In this document: positions 26,700-36,297 of the stretch, piece after piece
Layout: the number at the start of each line of letters is the position of its first letter
Position numbering within the stretch: position 1 is the stretch's first letter
IMG/VR virus record: IMGVR_UViG_3300036975_000075
Span: 1-43,926 of that record
From: a virus
Lineage: Duplodnaviria > Caudoviricetes
Direction: 5' to 3' (one strand)
Length of the DNA stretch: 43,926 nucleotides
The notes under the pieces: model-generated
What the model saw: only the letters and a program-made list of their open reading frames with translations
Database searches by the model: none
Told to the model about the DNA's origin: nothing
Program-made: the position numbers and the translations under genes

Positions 26700-28721
26700 T
26701 TAATATTTAGTTCTTATTGTTCGCTGGCCGACTGCCCGGCCTTCTGATTGTTTTTCCAGTTTCTTTTGGTTTCTGATTTGCATTACGTAATCCACATCAG
26801 CCAGGTGAAATACACCGGCTAATTCGGCCGCAAGGTCGCAGTAAACATTGGCGTCCCATAGATGGTTCTCGCGAAAGCCCGGCTTCTTTTCCCAGGTCAC
26901 TACCTCTCGGCCGCTCCTTGCCCGCTTGACGAACTGGGCCTCCGATGCTAATTGCCGCATAAACGATTCCGGCAGATCGTTCGGCAGGTGCATATACCCG
27001 GGGCCGGGCGATTTTTCCTTATCGAACAGTACCTGCCAGAGCCGGTCCTTGCCCATATCGACGTTAATATCAAATCGTTTCAATGCCTTACCCACTACCG
27101 GCCGGACCTTATAAAGCGAAGTTCGCATCCTGTCCCTACCGTAGCCCATCACAGGGATAACGGTATCGGGCGGAAATCTCAGGCAGAAATCATAAACGAC
27201 CGTCGATTCCTCGTCCCTTCCCTCGGCCCTTTGGTACCGGCAGTCCACCGCGACCCGCGAAGCGAAAATTTTTATCGTCGTATCGATATCGAAAATCCAT
27301 TCGCTTCGAACGAAGCTCTCGACAATATCCCAGTTCTCCGGCTTTCCCGTATGGCCGGTCTCTATCCGCCCGGCGAACAAAAGCCACTGCTGGTTTCGAT
27401 AACCGTAACCCTTTGTCACTACCCAGACATGATCGGACTGGACATCGATACCGTGACAGATTATCTGCACTTTGCCCGGTACCATGCGGTCCCGCATCGA
27501 GAAATCGCTGATATGTCTTTTTAATTCCTCGAGCGAAGTCGCCCGCTCCCTTTGCTCCCAGGCCCGGGCGTTCTGATTGTTCCAGAAATTTCGCAGCGGC
27601 AGAATATTTCCCGCCTTGCGATTCCTGTCGGCGATTGCCCATTCGGCGGCAAGGGTATCTACCGTCGTGAACATCGGATCGACCAGTACGGCCGGTATTC
27701 TTATCGCCTTGTGAGTGGACTCCTCATAATCACCTACGATCTCCCCGTTCTTATCTATCGAAGCACCTTGCGGGCACGCCCGGCATCCGGATATCGCCGC
27801 CTTGCGCTCGAGCTCCGACCATTTCGAGTTGCAGCTCGGGCAGACATACCAGGCATGGCGCTTGCGGCCGTGGCCGCGTTTATAATCGGCGGGCTTGAGA
27901 AAGCTGCCGTCTTTGTCTTTTTCGAGCTTGACGTTTTCGAACATTGCCTCGTGATAAACCCCGCAGTCCGGGCAGGGGATATGTATTGACCACTTCTGGC
28001 AGGATTCGAAGTTAATATCGGCCAGGTCGTTTTTATTTTTTGGCGAAGTCACGTAAAACTGCTTGCTTATCTGTTCGTATGTCCTTGTACGGTTGCCCAG
28101 CAGGCTTATCGCATCGGTATCGTCCTTAACTTCCTGCGGCCACAGTGCCACCTCATCGCCGGCCACGTACCGTGATGGATCGTCCGAAAGGGTAATCGGG
28201 CTTGTAGGCCAGGCTAAAACAATCTGCATATTATCCAGATCCGTCGGCTCACCTATAAGAAGATTTCGGATATCACCGCCTAAATGCCGCAATATTCGAG
28301 GGCTGTTCTCAAACGCAGGCTTGAGCCGCTTGATTCTCTTTTTGATAACCTTCTCATCGGGAAGAACCACCTTCATCGGCCCCGGGTCGATATCGATACA
28401 GTAACCCATCCAGCCGCCCAGGATAACGCTCTTGCCCGTCTGCGTGGCGGCATAGACCCAGATAACCCGTGTAGTGAGATCGCACAGCCATTCGATTACT
28501 ACCCGCCAGTAAGGCGTTATCGACAGAGACCACGGCCCCTTTATTCGCGATGATTTGGAAGGCAGAACATAATACTGCTGCATCCAGTCCAGCATGTGCT
28601 GTTTTTTTCGGGGCGCGAGAATCTCCAGCTCCTCCTCGAATAACGGCAGGGGCCGATATCTCAAAAGCAGTTCTGAGTTTTGAGTTTTGAGTTCTAAGTT
28701 TTGTTCAGTTGATGTTATCAT
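26700..28721 (-). CDS. terL: Terminase large subunit (lambda gpA family)
   Basis: ATQTGKS Walker A, GDEV Walker B, PCPDCG, GIDVQ and NHLWDANVY motifs. Confidence 0.96.
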   Translation of the reverse strand: MITSTEQNLELKTQNSELLLRYRPLPLFEEELEILAPRKKQHMLDWMQQYYVLPSKSSRIKGPWSLSITPYWRVVIEWLCDLTTRVIWVYAATQTGKSVILGGWMGYCIDIDPGPMKVVLPDEKVIKKRIKRLKPAFENSPRILRHLGGDIRNLLIGEPTDLDNMQIVLAWPTSPITLSDDPSRYVAGDEVALWPQEVKDDTDAISLLGNRTRTYEQISKQFYVTSPKNKNDLADINFESCQKWSIHIPCPDCGVYHEAMFENVKLEKDKDGSFLKPADYKRGHGRKRHAWYVCPSCNSKWSELERKAAISGCRACPQGASIDKNGEIVGDYEESTHKAIRIPAVLVDPMFTTVDTLAAEWAIADRNRKAGNILPLRNFWNNQNARAWEQRERATSLEELKRHISDFSMRDRMVPGKVQIICHGIDVQSDHVWVVTKGYGYRNQQWLLFAGRIETGHTGKPENWDIVESFVRSEWIFDIDTTIKIFASRVAVDCRYQRAEGRDEESTVVYDFCLRFPPDTVIPVMGYGRDRMRTSLYKVRPVVGKALKRFDINVDMGKDRLWQVLFDKEKSPGPGYMHLPNDLPESFMRQLASEAQFVKRARSGREVVTWEKKPGFRENHLWDANVYCDLAAELAGVFHLADVDYVMQIRNQKKLEKQSEGRAVGQRTIRTKY

Positions 28722-28941
28722 CTGTATTTGTCGTCTGAGAATATATAAGGCTTGTTAAAAATTTGATATTTATCAAACAATTAATGGCTACTTCTGCAAA
28801 ACGTTTAACAAAATCTTTATGAACATACATCAATTCCGTAGGTAAATCTGAAACGTTTTTATCTAAATTTAAATACATTTCAATTATCTTGATGCTTTGT
28901 TCAACTGTTACAAATATATCACAACCTTCCAAGTCTTTCAT
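28705..28941 (-). CDS. AT-rich hypothetical protein
   Basis: 78-aa ORF between terminase genes. Confidence 0.5.
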   Translation of the reverse strand: MKDLEGCDIFVTVEQSIKIIEMYLNLDKNVSDLPTELMYVHKDFVKRFAEVAINCLINIKFLTSLIYSQTTNTDDNIN

Positions 28942-28978
28942 AATGCCACCATTCTATCTTATTTTCAAATCTCATATT

Positions 28979-29064
28979 TCAAATCATTCTGACTTCTGAC
29001 TTCTGACTTCCCTGTCCGGCATAGCCTCTTGAACGGAGGCGGCGACGGATGTCCTTCGTGGTTT
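28979..29064. repeat. 86-bp direct repeat, copy 1
   Basis: Matches 29342-29427 with 3 mismatches. Confidence 0.92.
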
Positions 29065-29175
29065 AACTTTGATTACATCTAACTTTGTTTTAGGTTCATA
29101 TTTAATAGCTATACCTCGAAATGGACCACCTGAAATATTTAAAATATCGCCCGGTTTGATTTTTTGTTTTTTCAT
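28984..29175 (-). CDS. KOW-motif-like small protein
   Basis: IKPGDILNISGGPFRG; C terminus supplied by the repeat. Confidence 0.55.
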   Translation of the reverse strand: MKKQKIKPGDILNISGGPFRGIAIKYEPKTKLDVIKVKPRRTSVAASVQEAMPDREVRSQKSE

Positions 29176-29341
29176 AATTTACCTTTCTAAAATTCATGTT
29201 CATTCGTGGTTCAAATTTCCCATAAAGGCGCTAAGGTATATTATTTTGTTTTTTATATTTTTTTTTCCCATAATGTCACTATCTTTTCTTAGTTCCCGTG
29301 TCTTGTTTTGTTTTAAAACTGCGGGGATCATATCTTGAATC

Positions 29342-29427
29342 TCAAATCATTCTGACTTCTGACTTCTGATTTCCCTGTCCGGCATAGCCTCTTGAACGGA
29401 GGCGGCGACGGATGTCTTTTGTGGTTT
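29342..29427. repeat. 86-bp direct repeat, copy 2
   Basis: Matches 28979-29064. Confidence 0.92.
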
Positions 29428-30441
29428 CAAAATCTCATCCAGCTCTTGAAGTTTTTTCGTCGCTTCGGATGTTAATTTCAATGCCGCCGGCACATGCTGC
29501 AGTTTGGCGGTGACATCGTCCCTGAACTCCTCTAATCGCGAAACTATTTCCTCGCGGCTCTGGCCGAATACACGATTAGCCAGGTCCGTAATATTATTAA
29601 AGGCATTGACTATATTCTGCAGGATTGCGCATCGCCAGGCGATGACGGAACCCCGCTCTATGAGCTCGCCGCGGTCCTGCTCTAATTTCAGGCGTTCTCT
29701 TTCGGTCTTAACACTCTGGAAGGGATTGAGGGGACTTATCGCCGAATTGCCTCGAACCGCTTTTTTTAGGGTAAAGTCCTCGAACCAGGATATCGCCGAA
29801 TGCAGATCGAAAGTACCGTCTACATTGACCGGCAGCCCTTTTTGCGTCCGCCATTCGTAGATTGTCTGTCTTGCTACACCGAACAATTCGGTCATCTGGT
29901 TAATATTGACTCTGTCGAAGGACTGTCCCGAAACCGCACTCTCGCCCTTGCGGTCCCTAAACCACGTATCCATCATCTGGATAGCCTTTGTATTTCCTTC
30001 GCCGGCCGTTCTTCTTAGTGATTCGCGGTTTTCGATAGTTGCATTGGTATCGGCTGTGTCCCATAGCTCGCACGCCTCCGAATCCTTATCGAGGAAATCA
30101 CGCAAATCCTGGCCCGTTTTGAACTGCACGAACCCGATATTTTTCAATTGCCTGGCGGCATCTGTCACCGTTGCAACCGGTGCCAGCTCTACCAGTTTCT
30201 TCAGCAGCCTGCCGCGGTCGTATGCGGCTCTCAATTTCGGGTGTCTGGTTAGATATTTCGATAGGTTCGGCCCGATACCCGAATTGATATCCGCCTCAGC
30301 TATATCGCCGTATTGATAACCCAGCCGCTGGCACTCGGCCAAAGTCAGTCTCCCGCTCCTTCGCCGCGGTGGCTTATTTTTGCCTTTTGACTTTTTACTT
30401 TTAACTTTTTTAGCTGTCATTCGTGACTGCTTTCCGCTCAA
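29347..30441 (-). CDS. terS: Terminase small subunit (Nu1-like) with long N-terminal extension
   Basis: VNINQMTELFGVARQTIYEW..GLP..FDLHSAISW wHTH; ERERLKLEQDRGELI. Confidence 0.82.
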   Translation of the reverse strand: MSGKQSRMTAKKVKSKKSKGKNKPPRRRSGRLTLAECQRLGYQYGDIAEADINSGIGPNLSKYLTRHPKLRAAYDRGRLLKKLVELAPVATVTDAARQLKNIGFVQFKTGQDLRDFLDKDSEACELWDTADTNATIENRESLRRTAGEGNTKAIQMMDTWFRDRKGESAVSGQSFDRVNINQMTELFGVARQTIYEWRTQKGLPVNVDGTFDLHSAISWFEDFTLKKAVRGNSAISPLNPFQSVKTERERLKLEQDRGELIERGSVIAWRCAILQNIVNAFNNITDLANRVFGQSREEIVSRLEEFRDDVTAKLQHVPAALKLTSEATKKLQELDEILKPQKTSVAASVQEAMPDREIRSQKSE

Positions 30442-30475
30442 TCACCGCAGGGGCTTTCAAATCTTAAATCTCAAA

Positions 30476-30790
30476 TCATATCTTCATATTTAATTTATGA
30501 AGCTTTTTATCCAGCTCAGATATAAATACAGGATCCCCTGTTTTTATATCTTCGGCTGCAATAAAATAATGATCCGGTTCGTTATTAACAATTTCGAGCC
30601 TTTCAATAATATTGTCCCAATTAAGATTGAACGCTTCGCCGGTCTCGTATGAGCTGCAATAAATTTTCACCGCCTCATCGATTTTAATATCGATAATCAC
30701 CCTCGTCAGTTTCGGCGGCAGCACTTTCAAAAGGGCCTTACCCGCCTCTGTTTCTTTAAAAAAATCATATCCATTCATTGTCTTTCCCAT
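30476..30790 (-). CDS. Hypothetical protein
   Basis: ORF flanked on both sides by heptamer arrays; start uncertain. Confidence 0.65.
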   Translation of the reverse strand: MGKTMNGYDFFKETEAGKALLKVLPPKLTRVIIDIKIDEAVKIYCSSYETGEAFNLNWDNIIERLEIVNNEPDHYFIAAEDIKTGDPVFISELDKKLHKLNMKI

Positions 30791-30859
30791 TTTCAAATCC
30801 TTAAATCTCAAATCATTCTGTCTTCTGACTTCTGCCTTCTGATTTCTGTTTTTATAATG

Positions 30860-31069
30860 TCACTTCCTGTACCATTGAATCCCTTTTTTAGCCAGTTCCA
30901 AGTATAATTTACTGATCAGCCTGGCCCGTACCGCGGCCTTGAATTTCGCCTCTCGCAGTTCCGTCTGGATCTTTCGAAGCTCACTGCCCTTGACCAGGCA
31001 ATATCCGAACGGCATCTCGATCCCGATAGTTTTTAATTTTGATTTTTTAGTTTTCATTAATAATTCCAT
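30860..31069 (-). CDS. Hypothetical protein
   Basis: 69 aa, abuts the methyltransferase gene. Confidence 0.6.
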   Translation of the reverse strand: MELLMKTKKSKLKTIGIEMPFGYCLVKGSELRKIQTELREAKFKAAVRARLISKLYLELAKKGIQWYRK

Positions 31070-32500
31070 TCATTCGAACAAAACCTTCTGGCCTGCCATT
31101 AATTCCTTTTTCGGTATTCCCGTCTCACCCTCGGCCAGTCTGTATTTCGCCTGGTTCTCGATATATTCGGGATTAATCTCTATACCTGTATAATTCCTTC
31201 CGAGCTTGGCTGATACCATGCCGACGGTCCCCGAACCCATGAACGGGTCGAGAACAAGGGCTGGCTGTGTTTTTTCAATCCCGCACGAACAAGTAGCCTT
31301 CCAGCCAAGAGTTGTATCGTTTCTTCTTAAATTCGTTCCAAATGTTCCCCAATTTCCACTGCCTCCATCATGTACTCGGTTTCCTCTTTCGATTCTTGTT
31401 TTTTTCCCACCTGACGGCCTATGTTTTATATAATCGCTCTCAATTATCCTTGCCCACGGCGCCCCGCACTTCGGGCAGACGCCCTTCTGGGAAGTCGATA
31501 CCTTTATGCAAGGCTCTACCAAAGCCTCCGGAAACGTTGCGTAATGGGCGTCAGGGTAAGCCTGCGGATTGATAACCCAGACATCACGTAAGTTGCGGCC
31601 GGAATATGATGGTTCTCCATCTATAGCTTTAAAATCTCTTTCCTGTTTTTTGCTATTGTTATGTTGCTTATTCTCTGTATAACAATCATTTCTAAATGTA
31701 ATAGCACGTCTGGTTTCTTCACTAATCTTTTCTCTTACCGCCTCCATATCGCAAAAGTAATTGCCTGATTTGACAAGCTGGAATATGTATTCATGGCCCT
31801 TAGTGCATCGCCACGAGCCACACCTTAAAATCAGACCGCCGTTCTTTTCGCACTTCTCACAGCCGGGACAATCTTGCCATTCGGAGGAAGATTGAAAATC
31901 CCGGCCGTTGTGGTCTTGTTGCGGACGCTCAGGCATAGAACCTATTCTCTGTGCTTCTTTGCCTCTGTTTCCACCTTTTACTTTCACTCTGTGCCGTTCC
32001 CAACGCCAGCCGTTTACACTTTCCGGCATTGTCGAGCCGGAATATTCATCGCAAAATGACAGAGCCTTCGCCCAGATAACATCGGAGCGTAAAATCCAGC
32101 CGTCCGCCTGCAAAGCCAGAGCCACCCGGGCAGGAAGCATGAGAAGATTTTTCTCACTTATTCCTTTTCTGCCATTTTGCCAATAATATCCGCTGCCTCT
32201 ATTTGTTGATTGTTTATAATTTTCTCTACTACCAGCACCGCTGGATGTTCCATATTTATCCCCGTAATTCAGCCAGAGTACGCCGTCCGGCCGCAATACC
32301 CTGCAAACCTCACTAAAGCCCTCGACCAGTTTTTCGATATGCTCTTCCGGCGTCTTTTCAAGCCCCAACTGGCCGTCAACTCCGTAGTTCCGCTGTCCCC
32401 AGTAGGGAGGGGATGTGATACAGCAGTGAAAAGTATTCGAGGGTAAACCCTTTAATACTCTAATCCAGTCACCGCAGATTATCTTATTTACAAAATCCAT
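31070..32500 (-). CDS. DNA N4-cytosine/N6-adenine methyltransferase (beta class) with Cys-rich insertions
   Basis: TSPPYW, HYATFP and LDPFMGSGT motifs. Confidence 0.93.
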   Translation of the reverse strand: MDFVNKIICGDWIRVLKGLPSNTFHCCITSPPYWGQRNYGVDGQLGLEKTPEEHIEKLVEGFSEVCRVLRPDGVLWLNYGDKYGTSSGAGSRENYKQSTNRGSGYYWQNGRKGISEKNLLMLPARVALALQADGWILRSDVIWAKALSFCDEYSGSTMPESVNGWRWERHRVKVKGGNRGKEAQRIGSMPERPQQDHNGRDFQSSSEWQDCPGCEKCEKNGGLILRCGSWRCTKGHEYIFQLVKSGNYFCDMEAVREKISEETRRAITFRNDCYTENKQHNNSKKQERDFKAIDGEPSYSGRNLRDVWVINPQAYPDAHYATFPEALVEPCIKVSTSQKGVCPKCGAPWARIIESDYIKHRPSGGKKTRIERGNRVHDGGSGNWGTFGTNLRRNDTTLGWKATCSCGIEKTQPALVLDPFMGSGTVGMVSAKLGRNYTGIEINPEYIENQAKYRLAEGETGIPKKELMAGQKVLFE

Positions 32501-32516
32501 AATTTATAACTCAAAT

Positions 32517-33341
32517 CTAATCCCGCACACTGGCGGTCCTGCCCCTGTATGCCGCCGGCCGCGACCACTTTCTTTGCAATTTTAACCAGTCATTTGAATA
32601 ATCTATCTTTCCGATCGGAGATTTGTATAACATCGCAAACGGCAGGAATCCCGCTTGGTACACTTTTTCCAGTCGCTGCTCGGCATGGTAAGGACTGTCG
32701 CCATTGAAACCTATCAGGCAATATGCACGCCGCTTATCTATATGAAAATCTGCAAATAAATCGGCTGCCATATCAAGCTTTTCGAGACTTTTTTCGGTAT
32801 CAAAGGCCGTAAAAATCATAGACACTTTTATAGTTTTTAACAGGTCAATATGCCATGTCTGTATATAATTCAAATCAAGCCCGCCCGGAAATGAGGCTGC
32901 TATCGGCTGCCGACGGAGCATATCAAATACTCTTTCTATATGTCCCCGCGAGCAGGCAAGAAGATTATTGTCCTGAACTACCCAACCTTCGCTTATATTA
33001 GATAGTTGCCGTAATCGCCCCTCTCTTTGTGGCACCAGGCACCAGGGGCATCCTTTCGGGCAGCCTCGTGATGTAATTGTAACAGCCCTCATTAAAAATC
33101 TTCCCCTCGTGTATTCTCCACCAGGATCGTCAAAGGCAGGTCCGCCGATTCTCACATCCTTAAATCTTTTCGACCATGCCTTATACAATCTTAGCCCTTT
33201 GCGCCTGTCCCATGTAAATGTCACCGATACATAAACGGGCAAATCGGGCAAATCGAACAAAGGCGGCTCATCGAAGAAAGCTAATTCATCTGTCGGTGTC
33301 CACTTCGTTCTTCTCGGAAATACTCTTATTATTTCTTCCAT
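32517..33341 (-). CDS. Radical SAM-like protein
   Basis: TSRGCPKGCPWC (CxxxCxxC), DNNLLA. Confidence 0.85.
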   Translation of the reverse strand: MEEIIRVFPRRTKWTPTDELAFFDEPPLFDLPDLPVYVSVTFTWDRRKGLRLYKAWSKRFKDVRIGGPAFDDPGGEYTRGRFLMRAVTITSRGCPKGCPWCLVPQREGRLRQLSNISEGWVVQDNNLLACSRGHIERVFDMLRRQPIAASFPGGLDLNYIQTWHIDLLKTIKVSMIFTAFDTEKSLEKLDMAADLFADFHIDKRRAYCLIGFNGDSPYHAEQRLEKVYQAGFLPFAMLYKSPIGKIDYSNDWLKLQRKWSRPAAYRGRTASVRD

Positions 33342-33358
33342 AAACTTACAGCTCTAAA

Positions 33359-34162
33359 TTAATCCCGCTCGGTTTTCGCCGATGTTTTTAATGATTCTAA
33401 AAATTCAATATTTATATCAAGATATTTTGGTATCTTAATTCTTAAATTTTTCTCCAGATAAAATCGAAGTGATTCTTTTTGATAGAATTTTTCCCCTTTC
33501 AGCCAGTATGCGATTACGCTAATACAATCCGTGACCTTTGATTTTTTCTCTCTCTCTTTTTCTCTGGCATTATAAGTCTTAATCCAATCCCTCATTAAGG
33601 CATATCGTGTCCTGTGATCCCGGCGAATTGCAATATTTGCTATCAAGTCGATTGTGTCGCCGGGGTTTTGTGGATGTATTGTTGTATATATAAATTTACT
33701 CCTTCTTAAGGCGGGTCGTGTCACTCTTAATAATTTTTGACAATCCTTATCCATCTCAAGACCTAACCATCCGAAAGGCGGCTCCTCAATTATTCCTTTC
33801 GGATAAGCCAGATAGCATAAATGGGCCGGAAAAATATAGCCTGAAAACTTACGTTCCAGGTCTTTTTTAAAGTCCTGCCTGGTGACTTTCACTTCGACTA
33901 TTGCTGTTAAAGGACTGCTAAAACGATACATAAAATCGTTGTATTCAATTTTTGCATCGCCTAAAATATTTTTATAACCTGTGAGTTTTAATTTTTTTGT
34001 CTCAGTCATAGTCGGATAAACAAAAGAGGCCAGATCCGCTACCCATCCCGGATAAACACTTACTTCTGTCTCAATCGGTTTAAACCCTCTGGCATCCAGA
34101 TAAGCAGAGGCAATCGCCGTAGCTCTATGTGTTTTCGGTGTTTTGTTTTTATCCAAACTCAT
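33359..34162 (-). CDS. PD-(D/E)XK nuclease-like protein (MmcB-like)
   Basis: ETEV..VADL..IVEVKVTRQDFKKD..YLAYP. Confidence 0.68.
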   Translation of the reverse strand: MSLDKNKTPKTHRATAIASAYLDARGFKPIETEVSVYPGWVADLASFVYPTMTETKKLKLTGYKNILGDAKIEYNDFMYRFSSPLTAIVEVKVTRQDFKKDLERKFSGYIFPAHLCYLAYPKGIIEEPPFGWLGLEMDKDCQKLLRVTRPALRRSKFIYTTIHPQNPGDTIDLIANIAIRRDHRTRYALMRDWIKTYNAREKEREKKSKVTDCISVIAYWLKGEKFYQKESLRFYLEKNLRIKIPKYLDINIEFLESLKTSAKTERD

Positions 34163-34204
34163 CTGCCTTCTGACTTCTGCCTTCTGATTTCTGTATTCTG
34201 TTTT

Positions 34205-34236
34205 TTATAAGAGCCCCGCCCTACGCCGGGCGGGGC
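34205..34236 (-). promoter_or_regulatory. GC hairpin plus boxA-like GCTCTTATAA
   Basis: GCCCCGCCC/GGGCGGGGC stem whose 3' end runs into GCTCTTATAA. Confidence 0.45.
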
Positions 34237-34279
34237 AATGCAGTATTTTCAATTCAAGTACTATTAGGTTTATATTTTT

Positions 34280-34350
34280 CTCGGCCCCACCACGGGCCTT
34301 CATGCTCGGCCCCACCACGGGCCTTCATGCTCGGCCCCGCCACGGGCCTT
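34280..34350. repeat. Three tandem 25-bp hairpin repeats
   Basis: ctcggccccaccacgggccttcatg x2 plus a partial third; each has GGCCC-6 nt-GGGCC. Confidence 0.92.
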
Positions 34351-34428
34351 AAATAAAACCAGACAAGCTTTCACATGGAGTAATGTTAAAGTTATAATTG
34401 AATTGGAATTTTGTAAGCCGCCAGTATT

Positions 34429-34620
34429 TCACATACCCGCCGCCCGGCTAAGTACGGCCCCTAACCGCCTGAACATAATCATTCGATTCTGATTAATCCA
34501 GCGGGTCCGTTCGGCCGATCTCATAGCATCGACCGCTTCGGCATCAAATTGATAATCAAAATCCGCCGTCCCGCCGGAGGCAGTGACATCCGCTTCAATA
34601 ATGTAATTTCCTGCAATCAT
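34429..34620 (-). CDS. Hypothetical protein
   Basis: 63-aa ORF. Confidence 0.45.
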   Translation of the reverse strand: MIAGNYIIEADVTASGGTADFDYQFDAEAVDAMRSAERTRWINQNRMIMFRRLGAVLSRAAGM

Positions 34621-34687
34621 AACTTCAATGTTTCAGGTTAGTTATGTATGTAAACCCCTAAAAAAAAAATTCAAACCTATCCCTTTT

Positions 34688-34732
34688 TTGCAAGTCATTA
34701 ATCCGTTAAGCAGCACAGTTCGGGAAGGACCC
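34688..34732 (-). other. Candidate cosQ-cosN packaging site
   Basis: GGGTCCT (identical to lambda cosQ) followed by a 22-nt spacer ending TAACG, then GATTAATGACTT. Confidence 0.45.
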
Positions 34733-34837
34733 ACAACATAATGTCTTTCAATTAAACGAGTTATAAAAGGTATTTTCTGCATTATTTAAGTTTAATAAAA
34801 TTGAAATATTAGCTGACAAAAAAAGTTTCAACCTATC

Positions 34838-36040
34838 TTACATAGCCTTACATCGACGCCTGACATCCCGCACAAGGTTATTCCATGCCGTCATCAAAAA
34901 CGCTGCTGGATTTCGAACACCGGCTTTATTTACTCGAACCGCATCGGCCTTTTCAAAAATCTTCTTTCGCAGCTTAACCATCGTATCGTCATCGAATTGG
35001 TCCCTGCATACACACCAAGCCTTCGCCCAGTGAGCACGTTCGTTGGATTCTTCCGATGTGAATTGCTGTTTGCACAATCGAATCCGCTCGATATCCAACT
35101 GCGTCATAAAACCCATTCGAACCAGCATCTCGTCGGCGAATTCCAAAGACTCTTTCGTATAGCGATACCTGAGCAGATTCAAGACTGCACCGACAGACTC
35201 ACTATCAGTAACCGAGCCCCGGGGGGATACACGACGACCTTTGCGGCCGATCCCCCCAGGAGCGTCGGGACTCGTCGAAGGTACCGGAGGGGTGGGGGTC
35301 GGGGAAAGGGTGGTTTTCTCTTTGTTACCCTGCCCACCATGATCCGGTTGATTTATCGTTCGGTTTTTGTTTTCTTCGAGTTCGAGATTATTTTCTTTAT
35401 TATTTTTTTTCGATTCGATTTTGTTATTAAAGGATTCTGAAACATTTGCAAACGTTTGCGAATATTCTGCAGCAGTTGCTTTTTTGCCTGTTTTTTTACG
35501 TTTACGGCTGGCTGTCGCTCTTGCCTGGCCGGTGCTTTGGTCTTTATCTTCTTTGGATTTTTCGCGTTTCGGCTTCTTGAATTCCGGGCAATCCACCTGC
35601 TCGATCAGGCCGACTCGCTTCAAAGCGGTCAAAGTCTTTTTCATATCTACCAAACTAAGATGTAATCGTGCTGACAGCCTGGCCAGCGTAAGCGGCTTTT
35701 GCTGCGAATCCAGCAGATAACCCCTTAGCCAGTCCTCCTGTGTCGCTGTGAGCCTGCACAGCCGCCAGAACCGTCCTTCCAGCGTGTCTCTTAAATTCGG
35801 GTAGAAATGTTCCAATTCTGACAGTTGCTGGATAAAACCGCTGCTTTCATTGGATTTATCCAGCGTTGTTGCAGTAACAAACATACGAACGTAATCAAGC
35901 CCGCCCCGACGACGATAACTATCCATTTCAAAACGCTGTTCGAAGTGAAATATCCGCCAAACCTTGCTCGTACTTCGTGATGCGGACTGTGTATTGCGTT
36001 TAGCTGATTTTTTTTTAACTTTTTTTTCCGATGGCATCAT
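34838..36040 (-). CDS. Putative replication initiator protein
   Basis: N-terminal wHTH-like segment (LARLSARL..LKRVGLIE), low-complexity linker, C-terminal VRNPAAFL. Confidence 0.6.
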   Translation of the reverse strand: MMPSEKKVKKKSAKRNTQSASRSTSKVWRIFHFEQRFEMDSYRRRGGLDYVRMFVTATTLDKSNESSGFIQQLSELEHFYPNLRDTLEGRFWRLCRLTATQEDWLRGYLLDSQQKPLTLARLSARLHLSLVDMKKTLTALKRVGLIEQVDCPEFKKPKREKSKEDKDQSTGQARATASRKRKKTGKKATAAEYSQTFANVSESFNNKIESKKNNKENNLELEENKNRTINQPDHGGQGNKEKTTLSPTPTPPVPSTSPDAPGGIGRKGRRVSPRGSVTDSESVGAVLNLLRYRYTKESLEFADEMLVRMGFMTQLDIERIRLCKQQFTSEESNERAHWAKAWCVCRDQFDDDTMVKLRKKIFEKADAVRVNKAGVRNPAAFLMTAWNNLVRDVRRRCKAM

Positions 36041-36048
36041 AAATCCGT

Positions 36049-36297
36049 TTACAGATGCTTTTTTACAAAATTAATATGTTCTTTCGCGTCGAATCGGCAA
36101 TTAAAACAGACAAACTCCTTATCTTTCGGATAAGCTTCTCTGACCGCTCGAACGCAGACGGGACATTTGATTTTTTCGCATTTGCTGCAAATCTCACCGC
36201 AGACATAACATGCCCAAAAATCACAACTGCACTTAAATTTGCTGCCTGTACTGCCGCACTGGGGACATATATTATTCGCCATTGCAATATTTTTCAA
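36049..36297 (-). CDS. Cys-rich small protein
   Basis: Multiple CxxC motifs. Confidence 0.6.
   Translation of the reverse strand: MKNIAMANNICPQCGSTGSKFKCSCDFWACYVCGEICSKCEKIKCPVCVRAVREAYPKDKEFVCFNCRFDAKEHINFVKKHL

Noticed and set aside
31070-32500. Intein in the methyltransferase
   Set aside because: The insertions are short and lack C/S..HN splice-junction motifs.
34280-34350. Mini CRISPR array
   Set aside because: Units are contiguous with constant linkers, there are no unique spacers, and no cas genes are present.
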